Positions 51,030-64,000 of a stretch of 64,000 bases of DNA are shown piece by piece. The DNA lies in NCBI RefSeq assembly GCF_023055435.1, contig NW_025964223.1, positions 6,138,001-6,202,000 on the forward strand, read 5' to 3'. Position 1 is the first letter of the stretch; every line of letters starts with the position of its first letter. The position numbers were made by a program, and so were the translations under genes. The notes under the pieces were generated by a model. It ran no database searches and had not been told where the DNA came from. It saw only the letters and a list, made by a program, of their open reading frames with translations. This DNA comes from Haliotis rufescens (lineage: Eukaryota).

Positions 51030-51455
51030 TCTTGCCAAACTAGGCTGGAATTATGGAGTTATATTTTGGCTGGACAAATGAGTCTTTGCATAGTCCAATC
51101 GAAATCGTGTAATGAAATCGACATCCGGTTCATAAATTGCAGTGCAGATTTTGGTCGATTGCAGGATTTGCAAAGCATGTGTACCGTTAACTCAGCATCA
51201 ACAGATATTTTCCAAATCTTTTCATGTTTTTAATCAAGATGCTGACATGATTTGATGCACTTTGCGATGTAAGACCCATTTTATTACAATATAGATCTTG
51301 ATTATAAGTCAGATCATCTTGACTGGGTGGCGCCATTTGCTTGAAGAGAGGTGAATCTGATTGGTCAATAGGAGGGACATACAAGGGACATCACTTGTCA
51401 TAGCCACTGGTGGTGCCATGATCGAGACAAGTAATGCAAGCCTAGTTTGGCAAGA
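51030..51455. mobile_element. TIR element (MITE), superfamily unassigned
   Basis: tcttgccaaactaggctggaatta / taatgcaagcctagtttggcaaga (17-bp perfect inverted core), relatively CpG-rich interior, no clear TSD. Confidence 0.55.
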
Positions 51456-54400
51456 GTTGACTCTGTGTAAATCAATGTATGCTCTTGACCACCATGTGTC
51501 ATGGTGATACAATATCATTGTGTATTAGTTCAGTATTAACAAAGCACTGGCTACTGACAGCATCTTGGAGGTATTTATCTATTCTCCCAGGTTATATTCA
51601 GAACCCATCAAGTATTAGTTGAACTCCCAAACTGGAATACAAAATTGTCTGATTCTGGTTATGGTATTGAAATGTTTAGGTTTAAATGATTCTTTCTGTC
51701 ACCAATGATAAACATGTTGTGAATATCTTCTAAACGTGTTCTAACCAATGAATGAACAATTGGAACACAATAATTTTAATTGCACCACCCTGAGAGAGGA
51801 AGGATCTATTTGGTTAAAAGCAAAGACAATTGGTTCATTACTGAATGACACAATGCTTCACATATGTACATGCAGCTGTTCCTGGAAGTAAAAAATTGGC
51901 TGATGAACTTTTGTTGTCTTAATGTTTTTACACTTCAGATGGGGTTGAAGTGCTTTGACAGCCAACATGATTCAATGCACAAGGGATGTGCATACAAATG
52001 TGGTTTTCACTTTGACAAAAAAACAATAAGGCAGTTTGAAGAATGTCAAATTTGTATCTTGCTTATCCATTTAGGAATTACTTTTCAACACATCACAATG
52101 TTCTAAAATTATTATCTTTTTACCATACATCAAATTTAACTGAGTGAGTGAATCTATTTTAATACCACCTTGAACAGTATTCAGTACTGTCATGTCATGT
52201 CAGGTTAATGTAATGGAAAGGTGAAAAATGAAACAGACTGAAAATTTTAATAAAAGCAACAACACCCTTTCCATATTCATAACAACATCTGTAAACCCCT
52301 GCAATCAGCAAACCCTGGCGTGAATAGGGGACACAACTCTCTACAGTGATTTCAAGCATCTCACACTACAAAGCCATCTAGCTCTGCACCCATCCAGTGG
52401 AACAGCTGCAGTATCAGCAAAACCAGGGCCAGCAAACATAAATGACAATGTTTAGATCATGATCTTCAAAGCTAAACATGTTTTGTTGTGTAAGGTCAAC
52501 CAATGCAAAGGTCATTTCAACAATTACTGGAAACTCCTAGACAAATGTCGAAATGAGGAGCAATAGCTCCTGTGACATCCCTATTACCAGGTGCATCATA
52601 GATCCTGCTCAGCACAGCACTGTAGTTGAGGGCTCAATCATCATCACCAAAATAAATGTTATCGGAGCCATTTCACAAAATTTCACACAGAGAATACTCA
52701 TAAATAACAAAGTCCTTTTAGAAGCATTCCTATCATTTCCTTGGTAAGGAATCAACCCTACAGATGAAAAATAAACATGCACTTTGGTTTATATGATTGT
52801 GACTACCAGTCTCTTGCTCAATAATGCATATCTCTCTGCCTAGATGACATTACGCAATACAAGGCAGATAGCTACATGTTGATCTAGGGCAGTCCTGTAT
52901 TCTTCTGTCACATCAAGCATTAGCACAGACAGCTAGCAATGACTGATGGGAAATTGAGGGCTACAAATTTAATTTCAAGTGCACAAAGCAATTCCCTGCT
53001 AATAAATAACTCAACGACGGATCATTTTCGACAAGTGAGATATTCTGATCCATCATCAGAAATCATATAGAAGGAACTGGTGGACACCATGAATTTCCAG
53101 AAGCAGCAAGCTTTGATGGGTACTTATTTTACAACCAGTGATCACACAACAATGAAATTTTGATGATGCGAAATAAATGAAATTACATCTTCTTGGACAC
53201 CTTGAAGAATATTTAAGCTAGTTCTAAAATTGTACATAAATGCAAACATTCTCCATACATATCAATTTGTAATGATAACAAACACCATTCTTTTAGTTCT
53301 TCCACTGAGGAAAACACACGGTAAACATGGATTTTTAATGTTTGCTGACGACAAAATGTAACCTTTTCAAGGAAAATCATCAGTATACCCCTATCCTTCA
53401 TACAGTTTGAAGTGTGATTGCTGTTTAGTGGAATCTTATTCCAAAAAGGATTGAATATTATGTGTGTGTCCTTGTATAGTCTATCAGAGACATGCACATT
53501 AGCATACAACAAACTACACACTGATGGAAAGAACTGAGGGAACAAATGTAAAGGGAAGCATTTATTGGACATGATATCCCACACATACTCATCCTGTACT
53601 ACCCTTAACAAAATGTGGGGGCAATGCATGAATATTTCCCACTGTGTCTATGTTATAGCTCCAGCTGTTAAGACACCACCATGGAATTTTTGAAACTTTT
53701 AACGTTATATTTAACGAGCACAGTAAAATACCCTGCTCATCTACAAATCCTGTTACGCGGCTGATCCTGAGTATTTAACAGCACCATTATTCAAAATGCT
53801 TACATTTTGCAAATGGTGATTACACAACATAATAATTCTTATATTCATGGCACAATCTAATAAGTTAAAAATATTGTTTGAAAGAAATCCAATTCATAAG
53901 GACTTTAGGAAAGTCATTAAAGTTTCCCTAACTCAGTATAACAAACAGAAAAGTAGAAAATTACTTCCACCAACATTTGAGAAACAATATCAAGCAATCT
54001 AAGATAAATTGACATCACTAAAGCAACCCTTTTGTTTTATGTTATATTGTACACATTTGACCTTTGAAACGTAATAACATAACAAAAAAGTAACCAGGAA
54101 GAATCTAAAACAATAGAGAAAAATAACCTGGTCAACTTTGTGTGGTTGGAAGGAAGAATATTTATTTTGGCATGTGAAGGTCAAACTATCTCAGGAAAAG
54201 CCCACAGTAATACTTGTGTGGATGATAGATTCCTTCACAGACAAAGTGGTCCTCTAGAGGAAATTGCATCTTAATGAACCCTTGTAGCAGAAGAAGAATA
54301 GGTATATGCCTGTGTTGGCAGTGTGTTGTTGAAGTACCTGTCAAATATAGATGAAACAGGCACAGATTAGCAAAACACCATCAATTTGATCAAATATATT

Positions 54401-56539
54401 GGATTTAAATCTCAAGCTCAATTTTCAACTGAATTTATTCTCTTGCTCTACTTTTTCTTTAGGATAACCATAACATTTCCAAAAGCCTATCATCATAGTG
54501 ATGATAGATAATGCTGTAATGAAGAGATATGGATGCAGAATTCATCACTCAACCATTTACGGGATTTCAAATAACCTATCAATTTCTTTATACGATTCTG
54601 TTTCCCCATACCATTGTGAGCCTGTCACAGGTCCAAGTTATACTTCCTGAGCACAGACTATTTATCATTGCTCAATATTCATATTTCACCATATTAGCAG
54701 CAATATGTTCATGTCTCACTAATAAAGTGGCCTATTTGTGAGCAGACAACAAAGAATGCAGCAACAAAATCAATGACCAACTGAAAACATGACCAATACC
54801 CCTTGCTAATGAAGAAAATTTCAAGGTCAGTAAACCCACTCCTTAATCAAAATACGGATCACTAAGATTGATATTCATATTTCCTTGTCATATAAATAAG
54901 ATAGAAAGTCCACACAACAGTTATCAATAGCAATACAACATCAAGACCTACTCAATAACATGCCAAACTGTCTTCAAATAGCAGTCATTATGGTTGGAAC
55001 TCTAGTTCCTAGATGTAATACAATTGTGTTTTTGGATCTTATGCCAATAAATCCCTTTTAGCAATACATCACACATAATTCTAAATGCCGTTCAAAGATA
55101 CTAACTGTACATGAGTTATGATATTTTGTTCTGCATCTGTGCATCTGTGCTTCGGTTGATGTTGGACGTTGAACATCACTGACATAACACATGACTACAT
55201 ATCCAGGAAAAGCCGAGTAGTACTTTATAAAAAGTAATTTAAAAAAAATTGAATATTTTTTTATTATGTTTATCTTTCAGAAAAAGTTAATAAAACATCA
55301 TTTCTTTCAATGGGATCAAAGAATAAACACTGGGTCGTCAGTGAAAATAAAACATTACCAATTCTATAAACATCTTTCACTTAAGAGATGGTATGCAAAT
55401 GTCTTACAATCTTTTGCGTTTCAGAAATTGTGGACAAGACCTTCTTACAAGCAAGAAATATAAAACCCTTGGCTAATTAACTCACACTATCTCTGGCATT
55501 TTATGATTTATTTGTGCATGAAGTTGCCGAAATATTCTTGATTAGGCAAACATCACAATTGCCAAATGAGCACTCCTAGTGCCTTGGCCTACAAGAGGAA
55601 ATGATGTACATGGAACTTAAATTACCCACGAGTATTGATTTTGGTTTTGGATCTAACAGCTCGCGAAATTTACGCTCATCAATGCGCATGCAAGCCAAGT
55701 TGATATATTCTGTAACACTATTGTCGTTTGCTACTGATGCCATTTTTCATCCAACTTAACACATTTAATAGGCTTCCAGGATCACCAGCAAAATGAAATG
55801 CAGCCAAGCATTATCAGATACATTAGCTCTTCCAAGATGGACATACTTGATAGATGGCGGAGTCGCAATTCCCTATTGTTCCTCTTAATGTCAAATCAAT
55901 CAGTACAAAACTTGTGTCTATGAACGATATAACTGCCATGTACAGCCAGTAATGTTGTGAGAGCAGCCCAAGCCGGAGAGTTATTATGCTCATCCATACC
56001 ATAGTGTCAAATCATAAGAAATTTTGTTTTACAGAAGATTATGATACACTGTATCTACACTGTATCATGACAGTGTATAACTAATTTTGACTGGGAAAAA
56101 ATCTACTTGTATGAAGTTGAAATGCATTTAGGGGGAAAACAATTATAAATTTACATCCATCACGAACTTGCAGTTTCATTGATTGGATTGAGGAATGGGA
56201 TGTTAACACAATACTCAAATTCACCTAAATCATGTCTACACAGACCCACAATTACTTTGAGGTTTTACTTTTCTTGTTTGTTCTTCCCTTTGAGGCCTTC
56301 AGCACAGTTTGAAAGACGACGATCAGGGATCGAAACGCTGAATCAATGGCTGAATAACAAACTTTTTGTTGAAAGAAACAATTTCTAAAAATAGCATGAC
56401 ATGCTTGCAGAACATGATTTCTGAAAGAAAGCATTTCTTTCATTTCTGACAGCCAAGCCTTCATTATTTTGCAAACAGATTTTGATATCATTACCATATT
56501 ACAAACATATTTAGCAATACCCTAATAATTATTTTATAA

Positions 56540-56850
56540 CATGTGAAGGACAAATTTGACGCATCAGTGACAAAAATGATGTCCAACGCAATTCCCTATA
56601 ATGACTTGTACCAAATGTTGCCATGTCTTTTTCCAGAGAACAATTGACCTGCCTTTGCATGTGTTTGTGACTGGTGCCACCGGTGGGGCAGGATACTCTC
56701 CCCTTTTCGAGAACACCTGGTATCATTAACTATATGATAGTGATTCATAAACACATGCTCATGATATAGTCTGAATTGTACAATCGACTCTGCTTTATGC
56801 AGAGATTTCTATTGGATATGGAAAGGGTTTTGTCGCTTTATTTTTATTAA
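56540..56850 (+). mobile_element. Naiad-type PLE 3' fragment (family A)
   Basis: caaatttgacgcatcagtgacaaaa...gcatgtgtttgtga...gaacacctggtatc...gaaagggttttgtcgc. Confidence 0.85.
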
Positions 56851-57511
56851 TTATAACATAGACAAAATTCATGTTATAAAAATATGATAATAATAACAAA
56901 ACAAAATGCACATATTCTTTCATAAAATCAAAGGCAACATCTTCACCATACAACACAATTCAAATACCATAAGACAATGTAACACACAGGTTATGTGATA
57001 TGAATGTGTACCTTTTTATTGTTAGTCCTATTCCATAAAAGGTAAATTTTTACAGTCAAAATAACACTAAGGTTAATCCTAAAGATGTGACTTTTGTATA
57101 AGGTTTTTTTTTGTCAGATGACAAAGTTTGCTTTAAATTATATCATCACGTTTACTAACTAATAATAAATCTTTCATTTACACAGTCTGCCCAGTGAAAC
57201 TGGAGAAGTAGAAAACAGGTAAAGTTTACACTGATGGTCAGCTGTTCATGGACACCTTCCCATGCAATAATCTTGCATTGTGTTAAAAGGCTTTTGGAGC
57301 TATTATAACTGTCACAAAGTGTGATGGATACAATGCACTTTAGGTGTTTTAGTTGAGACTACATATTACTTACGACTGCTATTACTCTTATCTGTAAGGC
57401 ATATTGTAGTGATGTAACAGGAACCAGACTCATGCCAATTGACAGACCTGACACATTTGATTCAATCCATGCTTGCTACTTCAAAAATAGTCAATTTATC
57501 TTGCAGTAACT

Positions 57512-57690
57512 TTGTTTATTTACGTTTAACACCACACTCGGAAATATTCCTGGTAATCTGTAAATAATCAAACCTAGACCAGACAAACAAGTGACTGATA
57601 TTATTAGCAGTTTCCAATGCCAAGCCTGACCACATAACCCATTATGTTCCATCAAGCACAGGTTGCTGGGAACTAATTCCAACCCAGACT
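57512..57690 (-). mobile_element. Degenerate SINE family 4
   Basis: gtttaacaccacactc...ctgtaaataatc...accagaca...agcctgaccac...ggttgctg. Confidence 0.6.
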
Positions 57691-58979
57691 AAAGTCTAAT
57701 CCAGTGGATCATGGCTCCTCTTTAACAGTTACTGACATACCACCAACATAATGCTATATGAACCTTTACTTGTCAAATTGATGTCAATAAATATTTCATT
57801 ATCAATATCAATTCATTTTTAGTGAGTCATTACTGGGGTTATACATAAAAGAAACATTTTAATTACAATAAATGCTGAAGAAACTTTTAATTAGGTAGAT
57901 AGGGAAAACAAGTAAACTGTCTTACAACAATTGTTGTAAAGGCTCCTTTCCTTCTGTTCTGTCAATGGCTCTTGAACTGATGCCGTGTACTTCAGTATCA
58001 TTAGCTACTATTACATGATCTAAGCATGGCCTTTAGTGTACAAAGTGCAGAGACATGTTCCCTGCGATTCATCCATTAACCAAACATTAATAAGATTTCT
58101 ACCCAATCCTCAAGATCTGGATCGAGCTCTGCGTGCCAAATCTGAACAATTCGCCAAGGAACCCTGAAAATCTTTAGCTGCAGGCCAAAAGCAAGTAAAA
58201 GAATGTAATTTTGTCAAACATTCTAAATGATACAGCCTTTGCCCAAATCCCTATGGTACAGGTTTATATAAGCTTGATCAAATACTCAGATCTTTACCAT
58301 TGCCGGCTATAATCATCGGATCTATGCTGTTGGCAAACTATCAATATCTCCAAGATCGCCAGAGTAAAAAATAGACAGCATCGATAGTTCTGAAGATGAA
58401 CAGATTGCACTATCAACTTTGTTCGCAACAGCCAACTGGTTTGATGCTGCCAAGAAGAAGTCTTCTTTCTCAAGTGCAATGAAGCAACATTTTTGTACCA
58501 TGGGATAAAATTGACAGGATTTATCTCTAATGATCTACATATATGACAAGTCTTTCTGAGCATGGCGTAACTTTTCTAATGCACATTTAAAAACTACAAA
58601 GTTACATTCTCTCATGGAAAAAAATCTGTTCCGTGTCAAGAGACATCTCTTTGGCAGTAATCATGACCTTTCAGGTCTACAACAGCTTCAGGCACATCGT
58701 AATGAAGAAATCCCCCCTTCTGACTTTGATGATGACCTGCACTCATGAAGCAAGTAATTTTCCATTTCCTTTCCTTGTGATGTCAAGAGCAAAAACACTG
58801 CTAGAATATGATGACGAATGATGAAACAGAATGAGTATAGGTTTCAGCATTATCACAATCTCTTGAGTGATTTTCTTAAAAGGACTTATCTTCTAACGTC
58901 CTTCCTAATGCTTGCATACCTCACAGACACACTTTTCTTTTTCTATGCTTCATATAGTTAATAGAATAGGTTGAGAAAG

Positions 58980-59418
58980 GGAATAGATAGTGCCAAGGCG
59001 CTTTAGCTCACCTCGATATGTAGTCAACAGTTTAAAATGTAAACAGACAGACACATAAAAAAGTTGTTGTCCGCATTGACAATAAAAATCTTTGGAATGA
59101 ATACCGAGGACAAAACATTAACACTAAAATCTAAGGATTTGATCAAAATATGTCATCATATGGAGAAAGATACAAAACGGACCTCCCTCATCAATACTAA
59201 AGGGACAATGTTAAAATAATATCGAATAAAATAAAAATTATGTTTTGAAACTAAATAAATGGGGCAAAATTGTTGGTGGGAACAAGCATGTGATGTTGCA
59301 GCTTCACTGGCCAAGTGGTTTCAGAGGGGAAGATGCTTATGATGCATGCATGCACAAGGTACTACAGACAAACAGGCTACAACATAAACTCAATTGACTT
59401 TGAGTCAGGTGAGCTACA
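58980..59418 (+). mobile_element. Old Helentron-associated element (HINE)
   Basis: 5' agctcacct motif (59006-14) and 3' aactcaattgactttgagtcaggtgagcta hairpin/subTIR; core remnant ggccaagtggtttcagagg. Confidence 0.55.
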
Positions 59419-59796
59419 ACGTTGTAACAAGCTTACAAGCATTGGAACAGCTAGACTCAATATTTTGGATACATGAAATGTATAAAAACAACTCAAATTG
59501 TTCACAGATGATTATTTTAATTCATTCAAGGTATAACTCAAATTTATTATGTGTTTTTGTACTTGATAACAACAGCTGCTGTAAGTAAATATGCAAACAT
59601 TAATTTATATGATGGAGCAGCATATATTCCATAGATGCTAAGGAAGACCTATATTATCTATGGTGGTGCTACCATCAACACATATCTATGGCCTTCAACT
59701 TGAGAACTAAACAACATAATGTGTGTTTTCACAAACTGATATATAAATGTCAACTGACAATTATGGGCAAAAGTTGACTGAAGTGGATCATTATGG

Positions 59797-60062
59797 GTTT
59801 GTTTTTTTGTTTCTTGTTTAATGTCACACTCAGCAATATTCCAGCCAAATGATGGCGGTCTGTAAATAATCGAGTCTGGACCAGACAATACAGTGATTAA
59901 CATCATGAGCATCGATCTACCGAGAAACGATGACATGCATCAACCATGTCAGCGAGCTTGACCACCCGATCCCAGTAGTCGCCACTTACGACAAGCATAG
60001 TCACCTCTTACAGCAAGCGTGGTTTGCAGAAGACCCATTCTTTCCCTGGATTTTCACAGGTC
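59797..60062 (-). mobile_element. SINE-like family 4, full length
   Basis: Reverse complement begins gacctgtgaaaatcc; all family-4 blocks present. Confidence 0.85.
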
Positions 60063-60234
60063 TCATTCTTGGAAAGTGTAGTACAATAGGGTACCTCAGG
60101 TTTATGTTCACATACAAACTCAGTGCAAGGTTTTAAACAAATAGCTAAATAGCTGCCTTTAGAGCAACTTGAGTGTCATCATGTGGTCAACATTAGACAA
60201 AACTCAAACATAAAAATGCTTTTAGTATAGACTA

Positions 60235-61332
60235 CCGTATTTTCTTGAGTATAATGCGCACCCCCCTCTAGCGGGTTCAATATTTTGAAAAAAAAAGAAA
60301 TTTGAATATTATGTGCAGAAAAAAATTACACTGTACCCTTTCAGCGAAGTCCGGCAAACTAACGGGTGATGAGAAACTTCGCCAGTACAAATTAGAAATT
60401 TGAGATAAAAAATCACCAGACATGTTTATTTACCGATTAAATAGTATTTATTGTTCTGCTAGGCATTGTTTTATATCCAGGGATTAAGATTACCTTGTGT
60501 ATTGTCTCATAAACTAAGCCGGAAACAGCAATCAGCTGTACACACGTTTTCTTGGAATCGACCGGTGATTCGGTCAAGACACACCCAATGATATAACTTT
60601 ATAGGATTTTTAATGCAAGGATCGGCAAAAATTGTATCTGAAACTATTTTTTTTATCAGGAATAATATATTCCATTATTTTCTTAATTATATGCAGCCTT
60701 TACTAAACATATTTAAAATAATAATAACCCTAAGCGAAGCAGCTGATCGCTATTCCCGGGTATTATTTTTTACATGGAACCAATCTGACCAGTCACCGTC
60801 AAGGCTCACGCACACATGATTGAGTGATCGCGAGAATTTCATGTTGACATAGAATCGTCAAACAAAAACAAATATGACTTTTAACGAGTCAAAGTATGTC
60901 ATTTATGATATATGTATCCATTCTCTGTCAACTAAAGTTCGTTTCAAGGCGTCAATAGCGGTATTCTGACCGTGGTTGCTGTTAATAACGGTGAGTTGTG
61001 CGATCTTTCGATCGCTTCACACACGATTTCGCCGAAATTAATAAAAACAATATTAAAAGGAATTTTGAATAAAATTAATGAAATAAGTTACAAACATAAG
61101 TCCAGATATACAAATAACACTTTTTATAGCCAGATAGTGTAATTACATGATTATTTTGCGTACTTCAGTATGGATTTGTTGACATGGTATTTCAGGTGTT
61201 TCGTGCTCACGGTAATGTCTTTCCATGGGGGAAAAAACATCCAAACTCATAATTCGTGTATAATGCGCACCCCCTTCCACACAGCTGTGTTTTTTGGAAA
61301 AAAAAGTGCGCACTATACTCAAGAAAATACGG
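60235..61332. mobile_element. Tc1/mariner (pogo-like) non-autonomous element
   Basis: TIR ccgtattttcttgagtataatgcgca / tgcgcactatactcaagaaaatacgg, TA TSD, internal repeat of gtataatgcgcaccccc. Confidence 0.9.
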
Positions 61333-61828
61333 TACATTGGATTTTAATTGGTAAATTTTCTACAAGAGTTGAACTGAGAAAACTAAACCCAACCCAACTA
61401 TTCCTAATGATCACTAAGGGATGCAACTGAAGACACGAGACTTAATTCTAGCGGTTTATATTTGTATACAAATTATCCATTGGGTTCAACTGTATATACA
61501 CACAAAAATATATATACAGATATACCTGATGTATCTTATTGTATCTGTGCTGACTCCAAATTTAGAATCAGATCCCAACTCTAATGCCATGTTCAATAGA
61601 GTGATTTCAGCAATATGACTGTAACATGAGCCTTTCCACCACACAGAGATGAGTTTGTGTCAGTACCCTGGGAAACATCACTGTCAGGCCACAAGAAGGT
61701 AATTCATTTAACATGTGACACCAGGATGACAAGGTACTGATTTCCTCAGTGGTGCATCATCCACACTGGAACATCTAGCTGAAATGCAGACACTTATCTA
61801 CCAACACAATAATAAAAGGGGTACTCAC

Positions 61829-61910
61829 TGTTCGCTGATACGTATCCAATGGAAAGACATACAAGGAGGATGTTAGTCCAGACCACAAATTTGTTTTCAA
61901 ATCTGTACAT
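61829..61910 (-). CDS. Probable first coding exon (signal peptide) of a secreted or cell-surface protein; exon 61829-61913
   Basis: Acceptor atttaatttctttcttcttttttgcag, then AAA ATG, peptide MYRFENKFVVWTNILLVCLSIGYVSAN, then a phase-1 donor A|gtgagt. The peptide has a charged n-region, a hydrophobic core and a V-S-A cleavage motif. Confidence 0.7.
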
Positions 61911-62176
61911 TTTCTGCAAAAAAGAAGAAAGAAATTAAATATAGACAGTTGTGAGCAAGTAGGATTGTGTTGAGATGTACAATTTCTGTTCATGCAGAGT
62001 CAGTGGAAGATGTTTTGTGATGTGAGGTTCAGCTTAATATAGTATCTATCCTAAGCAAAAACATACCTATCAAAGCTAAAAGTAGAATGTAGTCTCTTTA
62101 TTTCATACATGAAGGGGATTGAAACTTGATAAGCTGAATATACATAGAACATGACTCAACATGTAAAATACACATA

Positions 62177-62520
62177 CCGTATTCGACGTAATAAGCGCAC
62201 CGCTCTAATAAGTGCCCACGGCGATATTTGCTAATATATTGGTAAGTGAACAATCCCAATTAGCCCCCCTTCCGATTTATCAATGTACACAAGACTTATT
62301 TATTTGTGTATAATACGCACTCGTGTGTTATCTGCACCCTTAACTATGGGCAATTAAATTCTGGAAAAATGCATCTGTCGTATATAAACATTTCAGGCTG
62401 TCAGCATAAACCACAAAATTTATCTTTCAACTCTGATTTTTCCACCAAAGTAATATTCTAATAAGAGCCCCCTTTTTCTAATTTTGAGAGCGCCCTGGGC
62501 GCTTATTACGTCGAATACGG
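62177..62520. mobile_element. Tc1/mariner (pogo-like) MITE
   Basis: Perfect 22-bp TIR ccgtattcgacgtaataagcgc / gcgcttattacgtcgaatacgg; TA on the left. Confidence 0.85.
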
Positions 62521-63024
62521 AATGTCTTGAATACGGATGTCACAAAAACACAACTCTAAATAATTCACTGTGTGCCAGCTGTTTTCAATCAATTTTAAAT
62601 GTAATGCCCTATAAAACTATAAAACATTTTTAATCAGCATGTTGGCACATGGTGCAGCATGAATGCTTACTGGGCTAAATCATGTGTTAATGTCTTGTGA
62701 GATTACATTTTGACCTTCATTGCTTTACCAAGATAATTTGTGACACTTTTTACAGTATTGTACGTCATTAGGCACTTGATTGGGCCAGCACACGTGTTCC
62801 ATATTTCAAGATAAGTTTATCTAACACTCAACTCTGTTTATTCAACAACATAGCAGGTTAGCAACAACTCTGATTACATGACAACAGTTTGCAAAGCTAA
62901 ATATGCCATTCATTTTTATTTCATCAACACCTCGCAGCCTATGGGCAATGAAAGACTGCATGCATAATCATCTACATCTGTTCAACATGTACATCAGCAA
63001 GCAATTCTGATGGTACACATACAA

Positions 63025-63533
63025 GGTGAGGTGAGGTGAAATGGGTTTAACGTCTCGTCCAAGATTATTGCACTTATATTGCGACATGCATGCATGTATG
63101 TGTGGCTGCTTGTACTAGTTCGGACTGAAGCCGATTTATAGTGCAAGCACACTGAGATACCATGCGGCAGTTTAACAGACAGACAGATATTTTATTTTCA
63201 TCTCACCACTGTACATCATAAAAAAACATGCATCAAATAGACTTTATACATATGTATGTTTAGGTCAGCCAATTTTGCAGAAAAACGTGAGTTCCAGTTC
63301 TTGTTATTGGCTGCAAGTCTTTCCGCCCATAAAAAACATGAATACCTCACTCAGACACAGTATACTGACTCCGAGCCGACCAGTCATTATTTTTAGCCCC
63401 TTAATGCCGAGCACCACACAGAGTAACAACAAGTACCATCTTTTAATGTCTTTTGGTATCATGCAGCCGGGGATCAAACCCCGGACCTTCTGCTCTCTGG
63501 TTGGACGCTCTACCACTAGACCACGGAGGCGGT
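63025..63533 (-). mobile_element. SINE family 2 (tRNA head plus Meta/MESC-like core), full length, with a ~160-bp insertion (~63177-63334)
   Basis: A box gtggtctagtgg, B box-like ggtttgatccc, 14-bp TSD tggtacacatacaa (63011-24 / 63534-47). The insert ends (minus strand) aataaaatatctgtctgtc, like a LINE tail. Confidence 0.9.
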
Positions 63534-64000
63534 TGGTACACATACAAACGTAATAGAAACACATATCCAAGGATTATATTTAGACTTTGTTTTCTTTGTG
63601 AATTTTCAGAACTTGTTGGTAATATGAAAGTACATTTATAATTCTAGAAAAAACACATGCAACTGGCTAAACACAAAATGTCATTTCATTTGACTAATGT
63701 TCATATATCTTAAGAACATGCTTCTGTTAAAATAATTTCCTGAATTTTCTGGGTTTTTTCCCCAAAATAAAGCTCTCCAAGATTCTGGGTGGTCTTATGT
63801 CTAGTATTTGTAAAAGATGACATGTGAATAAATCAGCTTTACTTCTTTACCTCAGAATCCAAACATTTGAGTCCCAGCTCATATGCTAAACTGCCATATC
63901 AATAGGTAATGATATCGCTTCAGATCTAGAGAACTAAAAAAATTGCTATTCAATCATACTTTGAAAAGGAGGAGACCTCTAGTTGAAATTTTTGTCCAGT

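Noticed and set aside
53240-53480. LINE RT remnant (FSIHIN...MFADD on +) and the 138-aa minus-strand ORF
   Set aside because: Only two short motif-like matches in different frames, too weak to call. The minus-strand ORF resembles no known protein.
63851-63925. Upstream 5'-UTR exon of the minus-strand gene (ttttttagttctctag ... GAG|gtaaag)
   Set aside because: The splice signals are plausible but common by chance in AT-rich DNA, and there is no independent support.

Overview
AT-rich, CpG-poor eukaryotic DNA. The repeat landscape (SINEs with (ACTC)n tails, Meta/MESC-type cores, Helentron-like HINEs, Naiad-type Penelope-like RT fragments) suggests a mollusc, possibly an abalone-like gastropod; this is inference only. 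I find one convincing host exon, on the minus strand at 61829-61913, which encodes a signal peptide (MYRFENKFVVWTNILLVCLSIGYVSA|N) and ends in a phase-1 GT donor. The ~61.8 kb to its left therefore appears to be largely one long intron of a secreted or cell-surface protein gene. That stretch is filled with about ten fragments of Penelope-like (Naiad-type) retroelements, four SINE-like families, several TIR MITEs (Tc1/mariner-pogo, hAT, an IS3EU-like foldback), HINEs, a LINE 3' end, and mini/microsatellites. The long ORFs at 4.6-5.5 kb and 25.5-26.4 kb are by-products of tandem repeats. The most interesting signals are two retroelement-borne RNA motifs whose stems covary between families inside this window. 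One is a multi-stem, probably pseudoknotted motif just downstream of the Naiad-type RT. The other is a pseudoknotted, non-tRNA 5' head of a SINE-like family with a precise 5' end. Both are candidate undescribed functional RNAs (ribozyme or RT-recognition elements).
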